Both the position numbers and the translations under genes were made by a program. From contig NIVC01001850.1 in NCBI GenBank assembly GCA_002269645.1, positions 1 to 22,155 of the forward strand: a DNA stretch of 22,155 nucleotides, in the 5' to 3' direction. Shown one piece after another: positions 1 through 11,100 of this stretch. This DNA comes from Macrostomum lignano (taxonomy: Eukaryota). The stretch's first letter is position 1, and each line of letters opens with the position of its first letter. The notes beneath the pieces were generated by a model that was given only the letters and a program-made list of their open reading frames with translations, did no database searches and was not told where the DNA came from.

Positions 1-1098
1 GATCTTTCATGATCTGTTCAGAAGATCTGGTAAGAATTGACTATGTATTTCAATGGCGAAGATCTGCTGAGCTCTTGCAAGAACTTAGGGCGCAGTTCAA
101 GTCAGATCTTGTAAGAAACCCCAAGCCAATGTCATCTAGGGTTCCTACAGCAGGTCTGCAGGATGCGATTGTCTTTGCGTTGTTTTTTTGTTACTGTGTA
201 GAGAATGAATGTATGCCTAGTTCTGAGTAATTAGTCATCTTGAGTAACTTTTAAAGAGCAGTAGGATCATCTTCATAGTGTCCTAGCTTCGTAGCTTTTG
301 GAATTTCTAGGGGTACATGTCTTTACTGTACTTTTATTCCGCAAAAATGCTTTTAAAGCTACAAACTAATATTTTATATAAAACTGGAATAAATTCTGGA
401 CAACCTGGTGAAAGAATCAGCTCTTTATCTGCAAAGAAAAAAAAATGGCAGCAGTTTGAAAAATCGGCCTTCAAAAAAATTTGCACCATTTTAGAGTGTT
501 ACGTCCTTCTACTTAAGTAGTCCGTGACATGTCGTCGCACAGTGTTTCTACTGTGGATGTTGTAGGAACCTGCGTGAGTCCACCCCAGTGCCCAAACCCA
601 AAATTATTGTGGTCGTGCCCGAAAAAATAATAACGAACGACGTTATCGCTCCGCTATCCACTGTCTCTGCTACGCTACGCTTGTACAACCGAATTGACAC
701 AGGCACATGGATTATGCATTCCGCTCGATGATTTCCACATAACATTCTATTTCATATTTCAACACATTTCCATAAAAATTAAGTGGCAAGAATTTCAGCA
801 TATTTCATAATTGTAGCAAAATACGGCTTGATGGCTCCATGCATACTTTCCGTTCTCAAAGGTCTTCAGAAGGTAGAAATATACAATCGATCCAAGATAG
901 AAACTACAACCGTTTTTTCATTTCGATAGGCCCTACCAGTTGCTGAAGATGAACTTTTCAAAAAAAATTAAAGTGTGTACCCATATGTATGTATGCATCA
1001 GTAAAAAGGCAGGCTCAATATTGGTTGAGCGCTGGTACGCTAGGATACCACAATTTTGTCTTAGGCTAGGTACCTCATGAATGACACAAGATGGCCAG

Positions 1099-1462
1099 GA
1101 TGAATTCCTGACTTGTTGCTTGAAAGCATACTTCTAAGCAAATATATTCTCTGTTTCACAACTCACAACCCATGCAAATACGAGTAGAGCTCAAAAATTG
1201 AAGAGGCTTTTCTTACTGATAGCTCAGGTGTGTGAAACTTACCTCACCTTCGCCATTTTTTCTGGGTTGAGCAGCTCATTGCTTAGCAGGCTGAGCAGCT
1301 GAGCACACGATGGCACGATGAATTCTTGAGTTTTCGCTTGAAAGCCTGCTTCCAAAGCAAATAGGATCTAAACTCACCCGGGCAAGTACGAGTAGAGCTA
1401 AAAAATTGAAGAGGCTTTTCTTCCAGATAGCTCAGTTGTGTGAAACTTACCTCACCTTCACC
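1099..1462. repeat. Imperfect tandem duplication (~210-bp period) that copies the 3' end of gene A exon 4, its donor and ~150 bp of intron
   Basis: 1099-1253 resembles 1317-1462; e.g. 'tacgagtagagct.aaaaattgaagaggcttttctt...gatagctcag.tgtgtgaaacttacctcaccttc' occurs twice. Confidence 0.85.
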
Positions 1463-3148
1463 TAGGGAACTTGATCCGTTCACGCCTGCCTCGCCAAGCC
1501 TTCCTAAAGAGATAATTTGCACACAAAGCTTAGGCATTCAAAATGCGAATTTCAAAAGTGAGACTTTAAACACTACCATCTGAACTCACCATCGTATGCG
1601 AAGGACGCGCCACCACCACCGCCAGCAGCCATCAAGAGTTGATTGTTGAATGCGTCGTACGCGAAGCTGCCTCCACCGCCGCCGCCACTGTTTGACGACG
1701 AGTCTGCCGGACCGCCAGCCTGACCGACAACGATAGACAGCTCTGTTCCCGCAGTCAGGTTGACATTGCCAACGACCAGGGCTCCCCTGCCGCCGAACTT
1801 GCTGCTACTAACCAGGGTGTTGTCGCCTCCTTTTGCTCCGCTGATTTCGATGCGATAGCAGCCGGTAAAGTTTATAATTACTTGCTGGATGAACCGAACC
1901 GACCGGTGCTTGAGTCTGGAATCAGAAAAAACAGTTGAGCATTGTTGAGTCTTGCTGAACCGTAGAATCATGAGCAATTAAAACAGAAGGATGTAAAACT
2001 TTAAAACTGGTTTTGAAGCAAAATTTCCACAGATTATTAGTTTCGAGTCATTCTACTTCTGTTGTCTCTGCATGAAATTGTGAAAAACAATGAAACACTT
2101 GCTTGAAAAAACGCGAGTGAAATTGATTTTGGCTGTTGACTTGATTAGATCTTCAAAATCCGGTAGTTTCCACGCGACTGTGTCAGTCTCAGCTCCCAGG
2201 AATCTCTGCTCGTTAGTTCCAGTCGCCGATCCTGACTCCCCAGACACGGTCACCAGCTGGCAGAGACCGGCGCCCTTCCAGAACGCGCCAGCAGAGCAGC
2301 TCATCAGTCCGCATCGCATGACGCATTCCTGCACTGTCGTGACTCCGGTGACGTTCAACACTTGGCTAGAGACTGTCCCGTTGATGACTAGGACACCAGA
2401 GTGCTTGACGTAGCGAGTTGAATTACGACAAGAGCCTAACAGTTTGTAAATGAAAATTTATACATGTAAACCTGACGTCGCCAAGGACTACTTAAGTAAA
2501 AGGACAGGAAAGTACGTTTCTTGGGAAATTTTAGGAGGCAGGTTTTACTGTTAAATACGCTCGTACATTACTGAGAATATATATAAGCTTAAAAAGATTA
2601 AAAATGGATCAAGTCGACTTATTGGTTTTATGAATCTATCAAGGACAACTTTGACGGGAAATGACGGGAATTAATAAATTAGATGGGCCTCCAAATATTG
2701 TCGTTTCCTGTCACCGAGTATTGAGTAGTCTCTAGAATCTATTTTATCATTCTGTTGAACATTTTTATTTCATAGTCAGCCAAGATTTCTTATTTTCTAA
2801 CCTTAAAGGTTTATGATTATCAATTTCTGCTATAAGAAAGGCAATACATATAAAGATGAAGATCATGGGTCTGCCTCCGATCAGAGTCAATAGCAATTTT
2901 TGTTCTGAAAAAAAAAACTAAAACCGTTCTTTTTATTGTTTTTTTCGGCAAAACATGCCCCTAAAATTTTTCAACTAGCGTATTTTACCGTCTTTCTAAT
3001 TGAATAATCCTTGGACGTTATATGCACAAACAAAGCAAAATAGTAACGAAATAAAACAAAATAAAACGGATCTCTCACCCTCCATCGAGCCGATGCAGGA
3101 GCAAACGAAAGCGCAAAATATGATAATTCTAATGTGCGTTATCTTCAT
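1451..3148 (-). CDS. Gene A: secreted PAN/Apple-like + ALK/LTK-type glycine-rich protein, exons 1-4 only (3' exons not in window); carries an apparent 1-nt frameshift
   Basis: Exon 1 3148-3079 encodes the signal-peptide-like MKITHIRIIIFCAFVCSCIGSME, followed by G|GTGAG. Exon 2 2435-2103 (ttag|GCTCT...) encodes GSCRNSTRYVKHSGVLVINGTVSSQVLNVTGVTTVQECVMRCGLMSCSAGAFWKGAGLCQL...INFTRVFS; its donor at the gene-B-equivalent position is GCAAGT. Exon 3 1915-1590 (tccag|ACTCA... to GATG|GTGAGT) encodes ...GCYRIEISGAKGG...GGRGA...LSIVVGQAGG...GGGGGGSFAY...LLMAAGGGGGASFAYD; it is 326 nt, 1 nt short of a multiple of 3. Exon 4 1503-1451 (53 nt) encodes GRLGEAGVNGSSSLGEGE|GTAAGT. Intron positions and phases match gene B. 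Confidence 0.8.
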
Positions 3149-5044
3149 TTCTTTCTAATACGCTCATATAATTGAGTCTTTCTGAGGCAACTGTTCTTCT
3201 GCCGACGTAGCAGATGATTCTTTTCCAATATGCTCAGAAATCTTAGTCACTCTCAAGGCATGACTATATATATGTGTATATATAAGCTGCTCACGAAGTT
3301 CCTGTCCATTAAACCTATCGCTTTTCGTCGCAACCAATCAACGCATTTTTCGTAATTTTATCCAACCACGCTGCCATGAAGGCTTCATTTCTGACCAGAA
3401 GTAATAAAACTTGCTTGTAGCTGCCACGATGGATTCGTAAGAATAAGCTTAATGAAAAACTCGGAGGCCATTTTCAAGGTCTCAATTGGTACGCTACTTC
3501 TTTTGAGAGATCAAGTATCGCAGAGTTTTTTACGCGTCTATCTGGCAAGCTGACTAGATCAAATTTGAATTCTGATCAACCTATCTGTCCAAATAGGCTA
3601 GGCCAGTGATCCTTAGTGAACTCGTTTCTAAAATTATTTTAGAATATTATATTATCTATCTATATATTATATTATTATTATAGATAGTATATAATTAGTT
3701 ATAATATAATAGTAGCGCTAATATAATAGTTATAATACATTATATATTAGCGCGTATGTTGTAATGTAGTTTTTGCCTGGCCTTATTTAGAATATACTTT
3801 GTCTGGGGATTCTTGTGCTAGTGAGTCCCTACGAGTATTATACACCGCTTAACGTACATGTACTACGTACGTGCGTATTACAGAACTGATTACCCAGAAA
3901 ATACATATATACTGAAATATTTAATGACCTAAAATATGATGGATAGTTCTAATACAACCGCCTGTCTATCAAATATATCAATCGATAGAAGCTTCTGATT
4001 GGATGAGCTCAGGATGACTAGCGCGACTCTGATTGGCTGATCTCAAGACCTCAAAACCATCTCCACCTGGCGATCATAAATCATAAATCATAATTGAAAG
4101 TAGTTAGTTAAACGTAGGAGACAAATTGAATGTCAAAACCCTTAACTTTCTGAAGCAGACGTGACTGCAGTATATCGCAGCTCAATAAAATCAAATGTGA
4201 CAATACAATACAGTAGAAGATACTATGATGATACGAAACTGCCAGCTACGTCTTGCATAGTTATATGAGAGGCAGTGCAAACAGTATAAGAATAACTGCT
4301 GATACAGGCAATAGAATTCTACAATCAGGTGATGCTATGCACAGCAAATATGAATACTCGTAAAAATGAGAAGCAGCATTGTTCAGCTGACGTCTGCAAT
4401 GTCAACACAATTCAATAGCTTTCAGAAAAACTAACGTTCAGAAAGCTAGTTAAAAAAACTAGCTTTCAGCTTCTTAGCCAACCGCGGGCCAAAAAAGGAG
4501 CAAAAAGGAAGCCACAGGGGTGTCGACGAGGAAGCAGTCTGGCAAGAAGCAAATGTATTTGAAGCAAATATCACGATGCGATGTCACGGCGTACATGTAT
4601 AAAAGAACGGACGTGGAAGCGCCTTGCAATTTTCCGTGAACAAGCCCCAAATGAATGTGGCGAACTAGGCATCCAGATGTGTTTAAGCTGCTGTCTCCCC
4701 GCTTTTAGTATCTAAGCAATCTGTCAACAGTCGCTACAGGCTTACATGTATGTTGCTAAGGCATCAATCGATAATTTAAGCCCACATACGGAAACACACA
4801 CAGGCATCACGCAAGCCAAATAAAAAGCATAAATCGCTTCTGCTGTTAATGCACGATCTCCATCTGCGTTTCAGAAAAATGTCGGATCAGTCGTTTACTT
4901 ACTGACTACTGACTGACTCACTACTTTGTGAAACATTGTCTATTTACAGTGTATACCAAAGAGACGGACAACGTCCCATTCCGTTTGATAGTGAGTAAAA
5001 AACAAGTAGCGATATAGCATCCTTACACTTCTACTGCCATTTAG

Positions 5045-5207
5045 GAAAGCTGGGACTTATATACTAGTATAGTTGCTTCATTTAAACCGGAATTGGAGAT
5101 CTTTCTAAGTCTTCGAAATCTAAATAGCACCCCCACTCACGAGCTTCACGCGCACGGCGGCTGTTGTGCCGGCTGGCTGGGCAGAGCTGTACTTTCGAGG
5201 CTGGGTC
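5045..5207 (+). pseudogene. Remnant F: degenerate exon 4/5-type sequence of the same family, 3' part deleted
   Basis: 5156-5191 translates GGCCAGWLGRAV versus gene B GGCGAGWLGKPT. An upstream frame gives TGIG as at the start of B exon 5. 5085-5150 and 5186-5207 align with D at 17165-17225 and 17231-17253. After 5207 the sequence jumps to a homolog of ~18180 ('attgaaagag..gc'). Confidence 0.6.
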
Positions 5208-5278
5208 TTTTAATGCTTGAATTGAAAGAGGCATTGTATATCCACCTTTGCTATGTCCTAATACCTTGTTTTACGTTT

Positions 5279-5537
5279 GGGGTTGTAGCCTAGTGGTTGG
5301 AGCGTCGGACTCACGACTGAAAGTTTTCAGCCTGCTCTTAACAATTTGTGTCTTTAAGCAAGAAACTTAACTCTGCATTGCTTCAGTTCACCCAGCTGTA
5401 AAATGGGTGCCCCAGTCCTTGGACTGAACAGCCGTACGCAGCATTCAGATGCGCTGCGCAGTAGCTGCGGCTGAGCTGTCGGTTGCACATCTGGCCCAAT
5501 TGGGGCAGGTGTAATCAGTTATATTATTATTATTAAA
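5279..5537 (+). mobile_element. tRNA-derived CORE-SINE (MIR-like core), B-box degenerate
   Basis: A-box-like TAGCCTAGTGG at 5286-5296. The segment 5347-5408 'tgtgtctttaagcaagaaacttaactctgcattgcttcagttcacccagctgtaaaatggg' resembles the MIR/CORE consensus (tgtgaccttgggcaagt.acttaacctctct..gcctcagtttcctcatctgtaaaatggg, recalled from memory). (TAT)n tail at 5522-5535. Absent from the paralogous position near 18245. Confidence 0.8.
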
Positions 5538-6415
5538 ACCTTGAGCTTTGTCAAAGCTTTCGTTAAATTTAATTGAACTCACGTCTCGCTACTAAACTAT
5601 CACAGTAGTGTCGACCGTCTTTACTCGATATTTTATGGCACAAAATGTCAGAATTTAACCATCCATAACAGCTTTTATAATCACGTATACTTTTGTCTGA
5701 CTACATCAACTGCAATCAAGCAAGGACTATCTGGCACATTTACGAGCTATACTTTTGGATTGCAATTCAAACCACAGTGGTTAAGTCATAATAAATAGCC
5801 AGCAGGCAAGTTTATTTTTCTTTACGAATTATTCCCAACAAAGAATCACATTGAACTTAGCTCCGGCCTAGCTAGTTGCTTTAATAGGCACAGTGTAAAG
5901 GTAAGGTATTAGGTGATATTGTTGATATATTGTAATGAGAGATAGTAACTTTTTAAGGCATAAGAAATGCCCACAATTTTAAACGCTACAAATTGCTTTA
6001 GAAATAGTGCAGCCCCGTCACCATGCAAAACTAGCTAGCTGGCAGAGTCTATATCGTTTAACGACACTCATGTAACTTCCATGGAAATGCTCTCATTTTG
6101 GAATGTACAGTACAGCATGAAAAATGTACAGCAAAGCCTATTGCAGTGTCAAAATACATCGCCAAGATACGCCCCCTTCAACTAACTGAAGTGCTTGATG
6201 CAAGAGGACAACGACAAAGTCAAAACTCTGCATGGAAAATTCCATTGGCTAGTATTTTTTACGATGGAAAATTACTAGCATCCAGTTGCAACTGGGGAAA
6301 AACTCAATCGATTAGCTTTACCATAAAGAAGAAAAATTTCCTGCAATCTAAAATTTCTGTCCGTCAGGACTGTACGCAACTCTATAGGCATCAAGATATT
6401 AACTTCTGTTAACAG

Positions 6416-7253
6416 TAGAAAGACCCACGCTACATGTATTTTTCACTTTATGGTGAATCCATATTGGCTCAATAATCTGGGTCCATCTGTCGTCGAGGCC
6501 TTTGTTCTCAGCATCCCAGGCACCAGTATCCTCTTCATCACCGTCTGGAGCATTGACGGCGACCGTCGGGACTTTCAACGGTGTGCCACCACGCGGCCCT
6601 GACGAGCTGACACCCCGAACATCGTGATTTCTCTATCCAGGCACCAAACTAGGCATGTTTGCATATTATAAAATGGTCCTGAACCATGTTCAGCATTCAA
6701 GCTCTGTCTGGACGACCTTCGGGACCTTCAACGGAGTGCCCTGACGAGCTGGCACCACCAACATCATGCTTTTTCTATCAAGGCCGTGTGGTAGAACTCC
6801 GTTGAAGGTCCCGAAAGTCGCCTGTATATCTACAGGTCAGCCTAGAGGGTCGCCATGATTGTCCATTTCATTCACCGATTATGTATACTGACTGAATGCT
6901 GCATGCAGAAGAGGATTTGATGAAGGGGACCCTGGTGCCTGGGATGCTGAGAGCACGTCCCTGCGACTGACATGCATAGGTTGTTGAGCCGATGTGGTTT
7001 CATGATGAGATTTTGTGAGCAGAAAAATTTTGCCAATGTTGGAGGTTTTTGCCACCGGACACCCCGAGGAGAATTTTTAATATCTCGACGATGCCGATTT
7101 TTCGTTATTCTCGAAGTTGCTTCATCGAATAGAGAGGAAAATTTTAGCACGTGTTTTGGATTTTCATGGCAATTGGCTGAATATTTTTGGAGATCCACCA
7201 AAGGAAAAATGTGTGTATTTGAAATACATTTTCACATTGAAACTTGTGGTGGC
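6416..7253. mobile_element. ~840-bp copy-1-specific segment with nested inverted repeats (non-autonomous DNA element-like)
   Basis: Replaces ~70 bp at the paralogous site (19124-19187). Outer inverted repeat 6506-6540/6918-6952 includes a perfect 21-mer tctcagcatcccaggcaccag. Inner inverted repeat 6713-6737/6796-6820 includes a perfect 19-mer tcgggaccttcaacggagt. Direct repeat 6568-6630 vs 6720-6775. No TSD identified. Confidence 0.5.
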
Positions 7254-8123
7254 GAGCTTATGCATTAAATATACTTGACATCTATCATAATCTTTTAGAC
7301 AAAAACGGTTACAGTAAAACAATACCAAGATTAGGTGTATATTCCAATTTTTTAACCGCTGAATCGATTCGAATGGCTACCAGAGCAATATTCGAAGCTG
7401 ATTGACAGGTGCATGTGTACTGTGGTGGCGAACAGGCATAATCAAAGCTGGAAAATGTCAGATTTTCGTTATTTCAGTTTCGCGTGCATCAAAGAAAGTA
7501 CCTTGTTTTAGGAGCTTTTGCCTCAGCTTGCTTGTGCTAGAATATTTGTGCCTCAGTCAAATATGGCTGCATCTGATCTCGTTTGAGTACATGCTCAAAA
7601 AAGTCTTGCTCTCTCGAGACTGAGGCTATCCTTTCGTCTATGACGCCCACTCAGCCTTAAGTCTTAGGCCCAGCAAGTTGCCTGAGAAGCATGACGACTT
7701 GAAGCCTTATTATTCCAGAAAAGGTTTTACTCTGTATGAAGCGTCACCTGAGTCATGCAGTGAAGTGGGCGAGATAAAAGTCTACGAAGAGGAAGAAAAT
7801 TTAGTAGAAAAGCGAAACTGGGGAAACGCCTAAAACAAATAAAAAAACTTCTGCACAGTTGAGAAAGTCAGAAAGTCAGAGAGTAGCATCCCTCCGTGGC
7901 TGGACGTACAAAGCGAATTGAAGTGTACTGCAGAGACCGGAGTGGGACAGAGACACTGAATCTATAACCTCGCGCGCCTTGACAACGGCTCAGCAAAAAA
8001 ATCAACAGAAGGGCCTCTGAGAAAATTTTAAACAGTAAAGATTTGTGAGCGGGAAAAAGCTCCTCGTTCCAATTCGGACGCACAATTCCAGTACTGAGAG
8101 ACGGCAAACACACAACTTTCGAG

Positions 8124-11100
8124 ATGCGTCAGTCGAAGACATTGCTACTCTTTGCCATCGGTTTCTGCTGCGTCATGGTCTCCGAAGGTGTGTGATGAAG
8201 TTGATTTTTTGCTCTAAAATAGTTTATCAGCAAAATATATCCAGGTTTTCGTGGCAAAGAAGTACTTTGAATAAATAAGAACTGCTATGGCGAGGCAAGT
8301 CTTCCAGATCCGGCTTGCTTTTTTAATTTGTAGCGAGACGATATCTAAGAAGGCGATGATTAAAGATAAACGATACTTCATTTGCTTTTGCCTTTTGAAA
8401 TTATTCTTCTCAGGGCGTCTAATAACTAGAAATCCTATAGGCCTCTTGAATCCCATCTTTGCGTCTCGGGGTTGCCTAAGTTTATACTTGAAACTGTTTT
8501 ACCAATGGTCAGGTGATATGCAGAATACGACTTTGCCCCCCCCCCACTCCATGTTGCAATGTAGGCGCTTGCAACCGAACTCGCTATGTGCAACACAACG
8601 GCGTCCTTGTTGTCAACTCGACCATCAGTAGCCAAGTCCTGAATGCCTCCGGAGTGACTTCAGTTGAAGCATGCGCCATGCTGTGCGGAATGAAATCCTG
8701 CTCTGCCGCCGTGTTCTGGAAGAGCAGCGATCTGTGCCAGCTGGTGACGGTGTCTCGCGAGCCGGGATTTGCTGGAAACAACGAATGGAGACTACTGGGC
8801 TCGGAGACTGCTGAGGCGGTGGTGATGAAGCTGGAAAACTTCGAAGAACTGATGAAGCCTCGTATTATAAATGTCACTCGAGTGTTTACAAGTGAGAGTT
8901 CAGCCGCATGTAAATTTGCATAGAGTATCGCACACTTGGTGCACTTTTTCCGTCTTCTTTAAGTCGGCTCGAGCTGGCCACAAGTTCCTAATTTGCGCTA
9001 TCCCATGTTCGTTTTAAATTCAATCCATATGAGCATATTTGAGTCAGCAATAACTAATTGAAACATGCATGGATTTCAGACAATGGAACGGGTCGAATCG
9101 GCTCTGTCCAGCTGGTGACCATCGACATTGCCGGCTGCTACCGGATCCAACTCGCTGGTGCCAAGGGCGGCGACAACACGTATGTCAGTCCTGACGAACT
9201 CGGCGGCAGGGGAGCTCTGGCTGCTGGAAACGTCAGTTTGTCAGTCGGAGTTCAGCTGTCGATTGTTGTCGGCCAGGCCGGAGGTCCGTCGCAGAGCAGC
9301 GGCTACTCTAGCGGCGGCGGCGGCGGAGGCAGCTTCGTGTACCGGACATCGAACAATGAGCTGCTGATGGCCGCTGGCGGCGGCGGCGGCGCCTCGTATG
9401 GGTATTCCGGTAAGCATGCGATTTTTATTGTATCTTAACTGAGACGTTTGATAGTTGCTTTTGCCATATTGTCGTATGCAGCTATTCAATAATGTATTTG
9501 TGAAAAGTTTCAAGAAACTGAAGCCGGTAAACAGTTTAGGGAAATGGCGACTTAAGTATCTTTTATCAAGTATATTTTTAAGTAGTCCTTGAACCAGGGA
9601 CGAAACTACACTGAAGAATGCCTCAGTCTACTGGCGCATTTCTATTGTAAAATTGTGAAATCTTCATGGATCTACAGGCCAGAGTTCATTGATGGTGCAG
9701 GCTGCCAGAAATATTGCAGAATTTTTTCTGCTTCACAACACTTTAGCCGAGACAGTCTTCAATTGACGACGATCGCATGCTAAAATTCTTATGAAAGCAA
9801 AAGTTGGCACTTATATATACATTCGGAAAAGTAGAGTGAGCAGTATATGCTCGTAACAACTTTGAAAAAAACAATTTAAAGTTAAAAAGTTTTTGTTGTT
9901 GCAAAACTTTAAGGTACGCTCGTACTCAGCAACATGGTTAAATTTCCAGCCCGAAAACAGTTGTCAACTATTCTCGGATCTCAGTCTTAAGTGACGCAAT
10001 TCACAACACACCTGCGGTTCTCGTCTCAAAGCTGTGGGTGATACAGCTTAGGCTGGTGAGGGGACAGTGGAGAGTTGTGGCTTGAGCTGCATTACAGCTG
10101 CCACTTGTTAACCTCTGGTTTCGTGAAAACGTTAACATGATATCTGCGTATTTAAGGTTGGTTCAGCTATAGAAATTTCTGAGCCTTACCTTCTCCTGCA
10201 GTAGATTGGGTGAATGAGCGATCCCTGCAATGAATGAACTGACTGTAAATGAATTTCAGGTCGACCCGGAGAGGCGGGCACAGGAGGCTCAAACTCGTTC
10301 GGGACTGATGATGTAAGTTCTACAGATTGTTCGATTCGAATTAATTGTTTGCTGCAATTCAATACAGTTGACATCTCAGCAATGGCAAGTAATTAGCTAA
10401 ATAAAGCAGATTGGACACTGCAACAGCGCTTCTTTGAATTTCACTTTAGTCGATTTTTGCTGCAATATAGAGCTATGTAGATACTTTTACATCTTTTCAA
10501 CAAAACAATTTGACAATTACCTTCCGAAATTCACAATTGCAAATGAAGCCTGCATAAGTATGCGATGTGTTTTCCCGGATTTTCATTTACACTGTAAATG
10601 CTTGTCCAGCTATTTTTTAGAAATGCTATGGAATACGTAAGTTATTCGAATCGCATTAGTGTATTGTGAAGACTTCTTTCTCAGACGGTTCTGTTTTGAC
10701 AGCACGGTTGTATGTCGCAGTCCCAGCTGGTGCAGCTGTTTATTTTTATACATACGTACATAGAAACTTTTCAGGTTGAGTTATTTAGAGATTTCCGATT
10801 TTAATTGAAGTAGCTACACCTGTACATGCTTCTTAGTCTGCGCCGGCACAGATAAAAGGCTTTCGTTCCTTTTCAATCTGGAGCCGTCTAGTAGAGTAGG
10901 TGTAGTGCTGCTACCAGTCCCTTCGGGTCTCAGCCTTCACATGACAAGGGGAAAGCGGCCCACCAATGAAGCCGCTAATGACCGCTAGACAAGAGAACAA
11001 GACACCCAGGCACTAGTGCATCCACTAGTGCCGCTGCACAAAGAGCAAACCAAGAGCTGCAGGCTGAGCCAAGCTGCCCAGCGGCTGCAAATAAGAGCAC

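Larger units (their letters stand above)
5045..9994 (+). repeat. Copy 1 of tandem segmental duplication (remnant F + intergenic + gene B 5' part); copy 2 is 17101-22155
   Basis: Collinear homologous blocks: 5085/17165, 5570-5720/18285-18410, 6060-6415/18770-19120, 7254-7620/19187-19560, 7660-8270/19960-20590, 8563-9490/20807-21725, 9545-9994/21733-22155. Offsets range 11.9-12.7 kb depending on copy-specific indels. Confidence 0.9.

Noticed and set aside
1-120. Five GATCT motifs in 110 bp
   Set aside because: At the window edge with irregular spacing; cannot be distinguished from chance or part of an unseen repeat.
3640-3760. TA/TAT-rich stretch
   Set aside because: Low-complexity sequence with no consistent period or further structure.
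4441-4467. 11-bp perfect hairpin gaaagctagtt-aaaaa-aactagctttc
   Set aside because: Isolated; no supporting element ends or context to assign a terminator or Helitron role.
5279-5330. tRNA gene
   Set aside because: A-box only, no intact T-arm/B-box or cloverleaf, and it continues into a SINE core.
6098-8113. Short ORFs at 6098-6412, 6872-7268, 7402-7623 and 7868-8113
   Set aside because: Their paralogous segments in copy 2 have frame-breaking indels or are absent, and no recognisable motifs are present.
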